A DNA stretch of 64,000 nt from a virus (IMGVR_UViG_3300044712_000568:102155-166154), one strand, 5' to 3'. Counted from the first letter of the stretch, positions 38,292 to 47,744 are shown. Notes: generated by a model not told the origin, from the sequence alone. Numbers and translations are program-made.

Positions 38292-39422
38292 TTATTCAGT
38301 ATCATCTGAAGAAAGAGTTGGCATTGAATTATCAACACTTCCAGCAAATCCTAAATTCTTATTGTAACAATCTTTCATCATTGCTAAGAAATGATTTCTG
38401 TTTTCCTCAGATGAATTAAAGAGTTCAATAAAAGTATCTACACTATTAAATTTCTTTTCGGTTCCGTCCGGTAACGCAACGGTTTTCCAAGCACCTGCTC
38501 CCATATAGCCAGCGTCATTTAAAAGGTCATAAACGATGTGATCGTTAGAATAACCCCTCTTGTCATAATAGAAACGCATCGGTAATGTGCGCCCAAGTGA
38601 TGCAGAAGTCTTACACTTGATTACCTTAGCTTTTACTATATGTCCTTCAGGCTGTTTGGAGTCTCCGATAAACTTACCACGATCAAGAAGTAAACGAGTA
38701 ATAGCCTGGAATTTTAAGGTATCTCCACCTGGGGAAGTCAATTCAGGACCAGTATATGGATTAACCATACCGCCCATTTTAACACGAGTCTGATTGATAA
38801 ACAGTACAGCAAGATTAGTTTCCTTACACATAAGTTTACAGCGTTGAATACCCTTTTTGATCATACGAGCAGTTGACGGGAATCCACCAGAGTCATAGTC
38901 AGCTTCAAGTTCAGAACGCGTAGTTAACCCAGCCACAGAATCTAATACTAGTAGAGAAGGAGCATCGATCTGCTTTTTCTGAATATAATTAGCTACTCTC
39001 TCAATCTGCATGAAGGCTTTTTCAGCTAAGTCTTCTACAGTAATAATACACTTTTTGGTGTCAACCCCAAAGTTTTCAAATCTAAAACGGTCACCTGCAC
39101 CATTTTCAGTATCAATAAGTACGCCAAGTCCCTGATGTTTCTGAATTTGGCCCAACATATAAATACCAAAAGAACTCTTTCCGCAACCTTCTTTGCCTAC
39201 AATCTCAGTTATCTTGCCTTGTGGAATTCCGCCGCCAAGTAAATAGTCAAGTGGATCAATACCGGTTGGAATAAAGGAAGTAATAAAATCATCGTCATCG
39301 AGTGCTGCAGACTCTCCAAATTCCTTTTTAAGTTCTTTTCTAAAATCATCTAGATCGGTAGCATCAATACTACCTTTAGTTGTTAGATCACGATCTAACT
39401 TATTGCTTTTCTTTGCAGCCAT
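38292..39422 (-). CDS. uvsX: RecA/UvsX-like recombinase
   Basis: PTGIDPLDYLLGGGIPQGKITEIVGKEGCGKS; LLVLDSVAGL; FINQTR; SPGGDTLKF. Confidence 0.95.
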   Translation of the reverse strand: MAAKKSNKLDRDLTTKGSIDATDLDDFRKELKKEFGESAALDDDDFITSFIPTGIDPLDYLLGGGIPQGKITEIVGKEGCGKSSFGIYMLGQIQKHQGLGVLIDTENGAGDRFRFENFGVDTKKCIITVEDLAEKAFMQIERVANYIQKKQIDAPSLLVLDSVAGLTTRSELEADYDSGGFPSTARMIKKGIQRCKLMCKETNLAVLFINQTRVKMGGMVNPYTGPELTSPGGDTLKFQAITRLLLDRGKFIGDSKQPEGHIVKAKVIKCKTSASLGRTLPMRFYYDKRGYSNDHIVYDLLNDAGYMGAGAWKTVALPDGTEKKFNSVDTFIELFNSSEENRNHFLAMMKDCYNKNLGFAGSVDNSMPTLSSDDTE

Positions 39423-39463
39423 GCAAACCTCATTGGTTGTGTATAGATAATATCGTCAAACAT

Positions 39464-39502
39464 AAAATAAAAGAAAGGCCGCTTTTTACGGCGGCCATTC
39501 TT
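39464..39502 (-). terminator. Rho-independent terminator after SSB
   Basis: GGCCGC-N8-GCGGCC followed by TTTCTTTTATTTT. Confidence 0.8.
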
Positions 39503-39516
39503 CTTATTGCTATAAC

Positions 39517-40386
39517 TTAGTCTTCAAGAGCTTTTCTCATGTCTTCGACATCGAAAGGAAGCTCCTCAGTGTCAGCCTTAGGTGTAGACTTAACTACTGA
39601 AGTCTTCTGGAACTTCTGAGCAGGAACTAATGCTTCGCGCTCAGCTTCATCATCGTCACTTGAAGCTACTGGAGTAGACATAAACTCAGTGAATTTCTTC
39701 TGAATTTCTTCTGAACCCATTGGCTTAACGATAGGAGAAAGATCAGGAGACTTGTCAAGAATCTCGTCAAATACCTTACGAGCGTTCTTACCCTCTAAAG
39801 CAACTTCAGGATCACCGAAGTCCCAAGTAATGTTAGTAATTGCATCCTTACCAGAACCCTTAGTCTTAATGAGTTCAACAGAACGACCAGTCTGGAAGTC
39901 TACGAAATCAACTTCCTTCTGAAGCTTAGCTTCGATAAGATCCATGTTGGCCTTAGAACTAGCGCGAACGATCTTAATGTCTTCATTCTTGATGTCATTA
40001 ACATCAATTTCAGAAGGCTCAAAACCTACTAAGAGATAATGTGTCTTAACGAAGAGTTTCTTAGCCGCTTCCTTATACTCAAGGTTCTCGGTCTTGGTAT
40101 ACTTACGATAAAGCTGTGAAGCTTGATCACAGAACGGGCAAGGACCGTCTTCAGTTTTCTTAGGGCAAGCAATGCTCTCGAAATGACCATCGGGGAAGGT
40201 CAAGGCATGGTGATGATACACAGCAATAGGAAGCTCTAAGTTTTCTGACTTAAGAGGAAGGAATCGGAGAGTATAACGCTTTCCGGCGTCTAGCTTCATC
40301 CAGTTGAACTGTGAAGTGGAATTTGACTTCTTTGCCTTAGCCTGTTCCATCTTCTGGCGGAATTTTTCAAAATTTGTAGTACCCAT
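39517..40386 (-). CDS. Single-stranded DNA-binding protein (gp32-like)
   Basis: WMKLDAGKRYTLRFLP, H/CPK...CPFC Zn site, acidic C-terminus, GGAG SD, high-expression codons. Confidence 0.85.
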   Translation of the reverse strand: MGTTNFEKFRQKMEQAKAKKSNSTSQFNWMKLDAGKRYTLRFLPLKSENLELPIAVYHHHALTFPDGHFESIACPKKTEDGPCPFCDQASQLYRKYTKTENLEYKEAAKKLFVKTHYLLVGFEPSEIDVNDIKNEDIKIVRASSKANMDLIEAKLQKEVDFVDFQTGRSVELIKTKGSGKDAITNITWDFGDPEVALEGKNARKVFDEILDKSPDLSPIVKPMGSEEIQKKFTEFMSTPVASSDDDEAEREALVPAQKFQKTSVVKSTPKADTEELPFDVEDMRKALED

Positions 40387-40895
40387 GTGGGCTCCATAAC
40401 GGCAGTTGCCGCAAAAAGGATAGCACTTAAGCTATCTAGGTTAGTAATATACTTAATTCTGTCGTTTGCTTCGTGGATCACACGCGCTCACCCCTTATAT
40501 ATCGGTGTCAGGGGTAGGATCTTGAGAGGAAATTCGGCCCAATATTCCAACTTCTGATGGGCTTGGACTTGGGTTCAATGGCAGAATATCTGTAACCGAT
40601 TTTTTACCTGCTGTAAGGCAAAATAAAGTAATGTAGCCCCACAAAAAATTATTTCCCATCGGTAACCCCAAGATAGCAGCTAAAACTAATTCAAGCCAAA
40701 ATCATGCCTAATCTTTACTCTGAATTAAACGATAAGGAGAGGAAGTAGGGGGGGTTTGGGGGGTCGTAGGTGAGGTCGAGTCAACCAGCAAACGGAAGCT
40801 AGGCTGGTGAGGGAGCGAAGGTCACTGAGCCCGAACCAGCCGGTTAAATAAGTATATAGATAATATATTAATATAAGCCCTTTCTTTGTCCTCAT
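40387..40895. promoter_or_regulatory. Divergent intergenic control region (GC-rich; function unknown)
   Basis: Coding strand switches here. No convincing long ORF; several hairpins and G-runs. Confidence 0.55.
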
Positions 40896-42095
40896 ATGCC
40901 CCTTCAATTTAGATCATCTTTTTCAGTTAGAACTAGACTAGGCTCTAGAAGAAAATACCTGAATAAAAGAACAGCAACTAAACAAGAACAAAATACACCG
41001 CCTGTTTTGGTAATAGATTTAGACTATATATATACTTTACTTTGTTCTAGACAAAAAAGCAAAGTTTCTAAGTATTATAATAGTACTAATTTATTACCTC
41101 TATTTTATATTTGGTTAACTAGTATATTTAAACTAATCACACCATCTGGCATTCTTTTTATTGCTAAACAGGAAAATGAATTTACAAAACAATTCGCATA
41201 TTCTGTAGTATATACAGATATAAAAAACTATATTTACACTATTAAAGCACACAATCTTCTGTCAGATCCTTTAGTTATTGTTTCAAATAACTTAGAGTTA
41301 TGGTCAATTTCTTCTAATTCTGCAAACTTATCTTTCATTGCTATAGATACTAATAATAGATTACTACACTATAATAATAAAACAGGATTAGAAATTGTTT
41401 CTAAATTTATAGGAACTTATAAAATTATTAATAAATTAGGATTAGCTAATTTAAAATATCTTAATTTACAATATCTTTTTATTTTACTTTTTTATTTAAG
41501 TATTACAAATAAATCAGAAAACGATTTTTATTTTGATGGTACTTATTTTAGAAATCTTGAAAAACATACTAGACCATTTCTAAAATCAAATGGTCTAGGT
41601 TTATCATTAGTCTCAGATGCACATAAATTTTTAAGTTATGCTTTTCTTACAAAACCTGAATTTTTAGACTTCTTTCTTATGGGAAATGCCGATCATTATG
41701 AACTACAATTAACAAGATTGGCTAAATTATTACCGATCGATATTCAAATTTTAAATAAACTTAAACAACAGTATGATAAAACCTATTTTCCAGTGATAGT
41801 ATCCTCTCCAATTATACCCAAGTTAACTCCAACTTTGCCTGGAGAATTAGCTAAATATTCTGATATTTGGAATAAACGCAATCGTGCTATAACTTATGCA
41901 AAACAAAAAGAAATGGCAAAACTGTTACGTAAGTATCAAACATTCAATACTTATGATATTACTGATTTAATTGATACCTTACCAAATGACCTCAAAAAAG
42001 ATTTGCTGGCATCTCAGCTCACACCTACTAAGGAAAAGGTCGATACTTCAGATATCGAGGATTATGTATCTAACCTCATTGCTGGAGTATTCTAA
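40896..42095 (+). CDS. Very AT-rich protein, possibly a degenerate 5'-3' exonuclease (FEN-like) fold
   Basis: VLVIDLDYI and LVIVSNNLELW echo LLVDGNNL and VILSNDSDFLQ of the next gene. Confidence 0.45.
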   Translation: MPLQFRSSFSVRTRLGSRRKYLNKRTATKQEQNTPPVLVIDLDYIYTLLCSRQKSKVSKYYNSTNLLPLFYIWLTSIFKLITPSGILFIAKQENEFTKQFAYSVVYTDIKNYIYTIKAHNLLSDPLVIVSNNLELWSISSNSANLSFIAIDTNNRLLHYNNKTGLEIVSKFIGTYKIINKLGLANLKYLNLQYLFILLFYLSITNKSENDFYFDGTYFRNLEKHTRPFLKSNGLGLSLVSDAHKFLSYAFLTKPEFLDFFLMGNADHYELQLTRLAKLLPIDIQILNKLKQQYDKTYFPVIVSSPIIPKLTPTLPGELAKYSDIWNKRNRAITYAKQKEMAKLLRKYQTFNTYDITDLIDTLPNDLKKDLLASQLTPTKEKVDTSDIEDYVSNLIAGVF

Positions 42096-43145
42096 ATGGT
42101 AACGCCTAAATTTATGGACACTAAGAGTGTTCTTTTAGTAGATGGTAACAATCTACTTCTTCGTATTTTGTTCTCTAAAAACAAGGGAGCTACTCTTTTA
42201 TCACAGCCAGAAATAATTCAAGACTGTGCTATGATATTCATTCATCAGATTGTTACTCAGGTTCGAAAATATTCTTGTGATAGAGTTTATGTAGCATTTG
42301 ACCGTGGCGGATCATTGCGTAAAAAGGCAATATTTGAAGAGTATAAAAAGAACAGAGAGAATCAAGCAACTACGGGATATTCTGCTGCATTTGGTGATCC
42401 AGATACCTCTTTGTTTGTTGAACTAAAAACAAAAACAATTCAGCTTTGTGGACTATTCAATTTGCCTGTTTTCCACGAATATGGAATTGAAGCTGATGAT
42501 ATGATTGGAGTTGCCACAGAAGAACTAGCAAAACTTGGTAAAACTGTGGTCATTTTGAGCAATGATTCTGATTTTCTTCAGATGGTAAATTATGGTAATG
42601 TAGTTTGCGCCATTCCTTATAAAAAGGCTGATGTTACTAAAGATAACTTTACTGAATATTTTGCCGATTGTTCTAAATCTAAAGGGGTAATGCTCAGTGC
42701 TTCTGAGTACATTTTCTATAAAACTATAGTGGGCGATACTAGTGATAATATAGATGGTATTCGTGGATTAGGTTATAAACGCTTGTATAAACTAATGGAA
42801 GAGCAACTAAAATTAGAATCACAAGAAACTAGAGATCTTTATATGAGAGATACTTTAGCATATGTGCAACATTTAGCAAAAAATAATACAACAGCCTTAG
42901 AAAAATTAGTTGCTACAAATTTAGACCTTATTATTCGTAATTATAAGCTAATTGAGTTATCTAGTAAGTATGCTTCACCAAGTACAGTTGGACTAACCCT
43001 TAAAAAGTTATTGGAAGTTCCTCAGGCTCCTTCTAAAAAAGAAGTGATAAAAGATTTTCATCAAATTTTTCCAGGTACTCCACACATTGAGTTTATTCTC
43101 AACACCGTGTTCTCATTTAGAAATTTGTATAAAGCTGCTGAGTGA
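42096..43145 (+). CDS. 5'-3' exonuclease / T4 RNase H-like flap nuclease
   Basis: LLVDGNN, VAFD, EYKKNR, EADDMIG, SNDSDFLQ, GDTSDNIDGIRGLG. Confidence 0.92.
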   Translation: MVTPKFMDTKSVLLVDGNNLLLRILFSKNKGATLLSQPEIIQDCAMIFIHQIVTQVRKYSCDRVYVAFDRGGSLRKKAIFEEYKKNRENQATTGYSAAFGDPDTSLFVELKTKTIQLCGLFNLPVFHEYGIEADDMIGVATEELAKLGKTVVILSNDSDFLQMVNYGNVVCAIPYKKADVTKDNFTEYFADCSKSKGVMLSASEYIFYKTIVGDTSDNIDGIRGLGYKRLYKLMEEQLKLESQETRDLYMRDTLAYVQHLAKNNTTALEKLVATNLDLIIRNYKLIELSSKYASPSTVGLTLKKLLEVPQAPSKKEVIKDFHQIFPGTPHIEFILNTVFSFRNLYKAAE

Positions 43146-43174
43146 ACCGTCGATACTCCCCATGAGGAGTATAT

Positions 43175-43762
43175 ATGTATCAATTGCCCAATGATGAGGC
43201 CGTAGCATTTATTGATACAGTAGCTGGACTTACCTTTGTGACTAGGTTTCATGGCCATTCGGTAATTTCGCAGCAATCTGTAGCAGACCATTCAGGTCGA
43301 GTAGGCATGTTGGCCTACATGTTAGCGTTAGAGTATTATAAAAATGAGCGCGATGCTTATCGTGTAGCAACCTTTGCGCTATTCCATGACTTTAGTGAAG
43401 GTATTCTAAAGAATGATGTCAATTCCAGCATCAAACAAAAATACGGTATTAGAGATATTCTTAGAAAACTCGAACAAGATGTAGTGAATGACATGTTTCC
43501 GTCAGACACTTCAGCTTCTAATTCATTGAGAGATTTAGTTCTTGAACAATGTAATCAAACGGATTACAAACTTCTTAAAATGGCTGATACTCTTGACTTT
43601 GGGTTATATGTTTGGCATGAGGTAAATTTAGGTAATAATCACTTAAAGCCTTTAATTGAGGCTTTTAGAACAGAATTTAATAAATATGACCAAGATATGA
43701 GAGCGCTCAATCTTGCATGGCGTACTGCCGATAAAATTCTTAATGGATATGTCAATGTCTGA
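43175..43762 (+). CDS. HD-domain phosphohydrolase, YfbR-like 5'-deoxynucleotidase
   Basis: QSVADHSGRV...ALFHDFSEG...D...K...KMADTLD...EVNLGN; GAGGAG SD. Confidence 0.85.
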   Translation: MYQLPNDEAVAFIDTVAGLTFVTRFHGHSVISQQSVADHSGRVGMLAYMLALEYYKNERDAYRVATFALFHDFSEGILKNDVNSSIKQKYGIRDILRKLEQDVVNDMFPSDTSASNSLRDLVLEQCNQTDYKLLKMADTLDFGLYVWHEVNLGNNHLKPLIEAFRTEFNKYDQDMRALNLAWRTADKILNGYVNV

Positions 43763-44648
43763 AGTAATTCTATCTTGTCCACACTGCCCAGCAGGAAAGA
43801 CACCTAAACTCTACGTTAATGTGGAAATGGGTGTCTTTAATTGCTATCGTTGTGGGTTTAAGGGTAGAGTAAAACATCTATATAAATATCCAGAAGTCAT
43901 TTCTAAGCTAGAAGAACAAATGACTTTAGCAGAATATTCAAAACTGCGCACATTTAAGCCGCTAGAAACTAAAAATGTAGATGTTTTAGAAGAAATGAAT
44001 CCTGTTCGTGAGGTCTTTTTTGAGGATCCTCAGTATGACTACCTTCTTTCTAGAGGATGGACATCGGATTTAATAGATCTTTATCGTCCTTTAGTATCTT
44101 TAAACGCTAAATTTAAGGACCGTGTTATTCTTCCTGTAGTAGATAATGACACTATTATCTATTATACGGCCAGATCCATGGATCCAAATGCCGTATTAAA
44201 GTATAAAAATCCATCAATTAGTAGAAAATCTGTTATTTTTAAGTCGATTATACCAGAATCTGTGCTATTTCCTAAAGATGTAGTAATAGGAGAAGGTATT
44301 TTTGATATGTATAAAGTACCCAATGGTCTGGGACTTCTAGGAAAAACAGTATCTGAAGAGAATGAGTCCCAATTATTAGACATTTTAGCAGGCAAAGATA
44401 ATATTTATGTCTGTTTAGATTTTGGTGCTGAAACTAATATTGATAAAATATGCTCTAAAATTTATTCTTGGTTTCCTCATAAACGTATCTTATATATTGA
44501 TACAACAAAATATGGAGATAAAGATTTAGGAGATTTATCAAAAGAGTTAACTTCTATTGAAATGTTGAATTGGATCAAGGCAAATTCTAAAGTATATAAA
44601 CCGATTAGTCTGCTTGATTCCTTACGCTCTAAAATTCTTGTGATGTGA
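43755..44648 (+). CDS. DNA primase (zinc finger + Toprim)
   Basis: Likely start MSEVIL at 43755, overlapping the upstream TGA. CPHC...CYRC, RVILP, YYTARS, GEGIFD, KDLGD. Confidence 0.85.
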   Translation: MSEVILSCPHCPAGKTPKLYVNVEMGVFNCYRCGFKGRVKHLYKYPEVISKLEEQMTLAEYSKLRTFKPLETKNVDVLEEMNPVREVFFEDPQYDYLLSRGWTSDLIDLYRPLVSLNAKFKDRVILPVVDNDTIIYYTARSMDPNAVLKYKNPSISRKSVIFKSIIPESVLFPKDVVIGEGIFDMYKVPNGLGLLGKTVSEENESQLLDILAGKDNIYVCLDFGAETNIDKICSKIYSWFPHKRILYIDTTKYGDKDLGDLSKELTSIEMLNWIKANSKVYKPISLLDSLRSKILVM

Positions 44649-44663
44649 GGTAATTAAGTATGT

Positions 44664-45842
44664 ATGAGTATACCCAAATTTACCCTCGTAGAAAATTTTA
44701 GCTGGCTTATCCAACAGTTATCATCATTTGATGATCCTAATGTTACATATGCCAAGCAAGGTCTGCCCCACATTAGAGGTGGGGCTAGACGTATTTATAG
44801 ATATGGCGCTCACTATCAACAGTATTATCAAGGTGCTACTGTTAAAAAAACTCCTCCTGAAGTAAATGTAAATTTTGGTTCCTCTCAAATAGAATGTGAT
44901 CAATGGGATGTATCGCATCCTGGATTTGAAGATAAAGCCATGAAAGAGAAGTTTCCTAAGCCTGGCACTGTTCTCAAAGGAGCTGGGAACCATTACACGG
45001 TATTAATTACAAGTAAGAAATCTATCGCTAATAAAACAGCCTCTAGATATTATGTGTCTTGTAATTGTCCAGATTTCGATACTACATTTAAAGAAGAGTT
45101 AATAAGATATGGTTACACAAATGGTACAGTTCCTCCTGGGAAAGGAATAAAGAAACTGGCACCCGCTATTTGTAAGCATATTTATGCTACCTTATTACGT
45201 GAATACAAGGATATTATTGCAGAAGAGCCAGGACCCGAAGAATCCGCAGAAATGCGTATTGTTACTGAACCCGAAGAAGCTGATTATTACTATTCAACAC
45301 AGCCAGAACCAGAAGAAGCAGAACTTCCAGAACAGCCTCAACAGCCCGCTTTAAAAAAGCAGAGAGGACGTATTCCTAAAACAGATGCACAGAAGAAACA
45401 GGAATATGAAATTGCAATCAAAAAATCTTTGAAATTCTTTAGTAATATGATGCCAAACGGTATTGAAGTTTATAAAAATTCAAGACAGTCTGATAATAGC
45501 TATAAAAAATATAAGTTTATGGTTAAAAAATATTTTCAAGGTTGGGTTATTGTTTTTACAAATCCTTTACTAAATCCTATGCGAGATAAGGTACGAGAGA
45601 AAGAAATTGTACCGGTGATGGCAAGAACTCAAAAAGGAATGTTGCCAACTGCAGATGCTTTAATAGTGTATACTAAGTATTTTACCAAAGATGAATTAAT
45701 GAATATGATTCGTTCAGAATCTAAACCTATTCAGCAAAATCAAATTGATCGTTTGACTAAAACTGTCAAAAAATATACATTAACTGAAGTTTTAGAAGTA
45801 GGCGATACCAATTTACGTAATATTTTACTGGAGATCTGTTAA
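44664..45842 (+). CDS. SWIM-type zinc-finger protein
   Basis: YVSCNCPDF...ICKHI (CxC-n-CxH); Pro/Glu-rich linker. Confidence 0.65.
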   Translation: MSIPKFTLVENFSWLIQQLSSFDDPNVTYAKQGLPHIRGGARRIYRYGAHYQQYYQGATVKKTPPEVNVNFGSSQIECDQWDVSHPGFEDKAMKEKFPKPGTVLKGAGNHYTVLITSKKSIANKTASRYYVSCNCPDFDTTFKEELIRYGYTNGTVPPGKGIKKLAPAICKHIYATLLREYKDIIAEEPGPEESAEMRIVTEPEEADYYYSTQPEPEEAELPEQPQQPALKKQRGRIPKTDAQKKQEYEIAIKKSLKFFSNMMPNGIEVYKNSRQSDNSYKKYKFMVKKYFQGWVIVFTNPLLNPMRDKVREKEIVPVMARTQKGMLPTADALIVYTKYFTKDELMNMIRSESKPIQQNQIDRLTKTVKKYTLTEVLEVGDTNLRNILLEIC

Positions 45843-46213
45843 TGGCAACAGCAGTTTTTAATAAATACATCACTGTTAAATACGATACAACCAATTATCC
45901 GGCTGATACACGTAATGTGTTATCTAGAACATTTAATGATTCTGTAGTAGATTCTACTAATGTTCCAGATCCAACACAGATTTTTGTATCATATAACGGA
46001 CAACGTATAAATAGACGAATTGCAGAACCCACTACTACGTTTTCTCGTTTTTACTATGAGATAACTTCTCATACTACTAGTTCTTTTACCGTTAATATCT
46101 ATGCAAACAGTTCTTACACTCTTTCTGGATATGTTGGTGGTTCTACATTAGCTCTTCAAATTGAAGATAATGATTTATTTTTCATTGACTATACTCATAC
46201 AGTAACATTATAA
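45842..46213 (+). CDS. Hypothetical beta-rich protein
   Basis: 123 aa, TAATG-coupled. Confidence 0.6.
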   Translation: MATAVFNKYITVKYDTTNYPADTRNVLSRTFNDSVVDSTNVPDPTQIFVSYNGQRINRRIAEPTTTFSRFYYEITSHTTSSFTVNIYANSSYTLSGYVGGSTLALQIEDNDLFFIDYTHTVTL

Positions 46214-46214
46214 T

Positions 46215-46697
46215 ATGGCTACTAAAACACAAGAACAATTCCTAAATGATGTTAAAACACAAATTATGCAATTTGTGTATAGAAGTTCTGAGTCACCATT
46301 TACAGAAGTAGCTAAATTTTTACAAGAAGCTTCCGGAAATAACAATTTAAATTGGCACTTACTACAAAATAAAGAAAAATTTGCTTCTATTTTTACTAAA
46401 ATGGCTGAAGAAGTTAATAACTATTCATTAGCCGATGGTGATTTTAGAACATATTTGTTAATGAAATACATTAACATTATTTATGATACTTATGAGGTAG
46501 AATTGGTTTCTCAATTCTTGAATCAGGGGTATAATGTAGTACCAGAGTCTGTTGTTGGATCTGTATCAGAAGCATATTCTACACAACCTCCACAAAATAC
46601 AAATTTCCCTGGTACTAATAATACAGCAAATAAATATGTTCCTGTAGCTCCAACTGAGCGATTAGTACCTTCCTCTTTGTATTCTACCAGTGACTAA
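46215..46697 (+). CDS. Hypothetical protein
   Basis: 160 aa ORF in the operon. Confidence 0.6.
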   Translation: MATKTQEQFLNDVKTQIMQFVYRSSESPFTEVAKFLQEASGNNNLNWHLLQNKEKFASIFTKMAEEVNNYSLADGDFRTYLLMKYINIIYDTYEVELVSQFLNQGYNVVPESVVGSVSEAYSTQPPQNTNFPGTNNTANKYVPVAPTERLVPSSLYSTSD

Positions 46698-47079
46698 AAA
46701 ATTAAATTTATCAGAATTTTTAGCTGGGTATGAGAATACTCAACAAAAGCCTCCTCAAATAAAAAAAGAGGAGTCTGACCCATTAAGTTATCCATTAAAT
46801 GAGTTCTGCACAGATATGTCTACATATGATGGCGTATTCTGTATCAATGATAGACTGTATGGTAGTATAATTCCAACTACCAACAGTCTATATTTTTTTA
46901 ATGAAGATAATTCAGATGAATATATGCTTATATTTGATCCAATTATCGATATCAAAAAACGTGACAATATGTATAATATTTTTTATTATCCAGATCATGT
47001 TATCAATATTTCCTTAAAGGAATCATATGTCAAAGAAGAATCGATCTCCGAGATCACCAAGAAAGACACTGAAGGCTAA
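46690..47079 (+). CDS. Hypothetical protein
   Basis: 129 aa, overlapping neighbours; start uncertain. Confidence 0.55.
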   Translation: MTKKLNLSEFLAGYENTQQKPPQIKKEESDPLSYPLNEFCTDMSTYDGVFCINDRLYGSIIPTTNSLYFFNEDNSDEYMLIFDPIIDIKKRDNMYNIFYYPDHVINISLKESYVKEESISEITKKDTEG

Positions 47080-47443
47080 TATCTATGAAAATGACTATGA
47101 AGAACTTATATATTCAACCTCACCAAATACTAAAGTAAAACATGTAGATAAACCAGTAAAATCTAAAGACAAACCAAAAGTAACTATAAAAACTAAAAAA
47201 GAAACTGAAGCGGATAGAAACGATATTTTCGGTGATTCTATTTCTACAAAACCAATTCATTGTAAGTGTAATAAATGTGGAGGTTCTGTAGTTGCAACTT
47301 TAGTAAGTATGATTTATACTGCTGTATCAGATTTGACTACTCCATTTGTATCGTATCATTGTGAACATTGTAAACATAGTGGCCATAGATCAGTCAAAGA
47401 AAAAGCACTCCCTTCAGCAGAGTTTGAAAAATATTATTTTTAA
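47027..47443 (+). CDS. Zinc-ribbon protein
   Basis: CKCNKC...CEHC motifs after a basic N-terminus. Confidence 0.6.
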   Translation: MSKKNRSPRSPRKTLKANIYENDYEELIYSTSPNTKVKHVDKPVKSKDKPKVTIKTKKETEADRNDIFGDSISTKPIHCKCNKCGGSVVATLVSMIYTAVSDLTTPFVSYHCEHCKHSGHRSVKEKALPSAEFEKYYF

Positions 47444-47489
47444 CAATTAGTACTATAAACCGATATTAATACTATCTTACGGAGATACT

Positions 47490-47744
47490 ATGCCTGCTTA
47501 TAATATGTTATGTCCAGAATGCGGCCTGGATAAAGATGAGTTTGTACCTTATACGACTTTTTGTGAACATAATACTAGAGAAACTGCTATTGTTTGTCCA
47601 AAATGTGGCAAAGAAACTGCATTTTATAGTTTAACTCATTTAAAAGAAAACTTACGCTTACAAGAAAGTGACGTTTTAAACTTTTACAGCCCTGGTGAAC
47701 AAGAGAAATGGTTTAGAAATCTTGAAGGTTTGGGTAAACGCTAA
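47490..47744 (+). CDS. FmdB-like zinc-ribbon protein
   Basis: MPAYNMLCPECG...CPKCG; GGAG SD. Confidence 0.7.
   Translation: MPAYNMLCPECGLDKDEFVPYTTFCEHNTRETAIVCPKCGKETAFYSLTHLKENLRLQESDVLNFYSPGEQEKWFRNLEGLGKR

Noticed and set aside
40440-40475. GCA AAC GAC (AND...) resembling a tmRNA tag start
   Set aside because: No nearby stop or ALAA-like ending, and no tRNA-like acceptor ends around it.
40725-40907. 60-aa minus-strand ORF across the G-rich tract
   Set aside because: Its Pro/Leu-rich end is a by-product of the G-runs; there is no SD, and it overlaps the start of the divergent gene.
43175-43762. Calling the phage a Z-genome (2-aminoadenine) phage
   Set aside because: No purZ in the window and the protein looks at least as close to YfbR; kept only as a low-level possibility.
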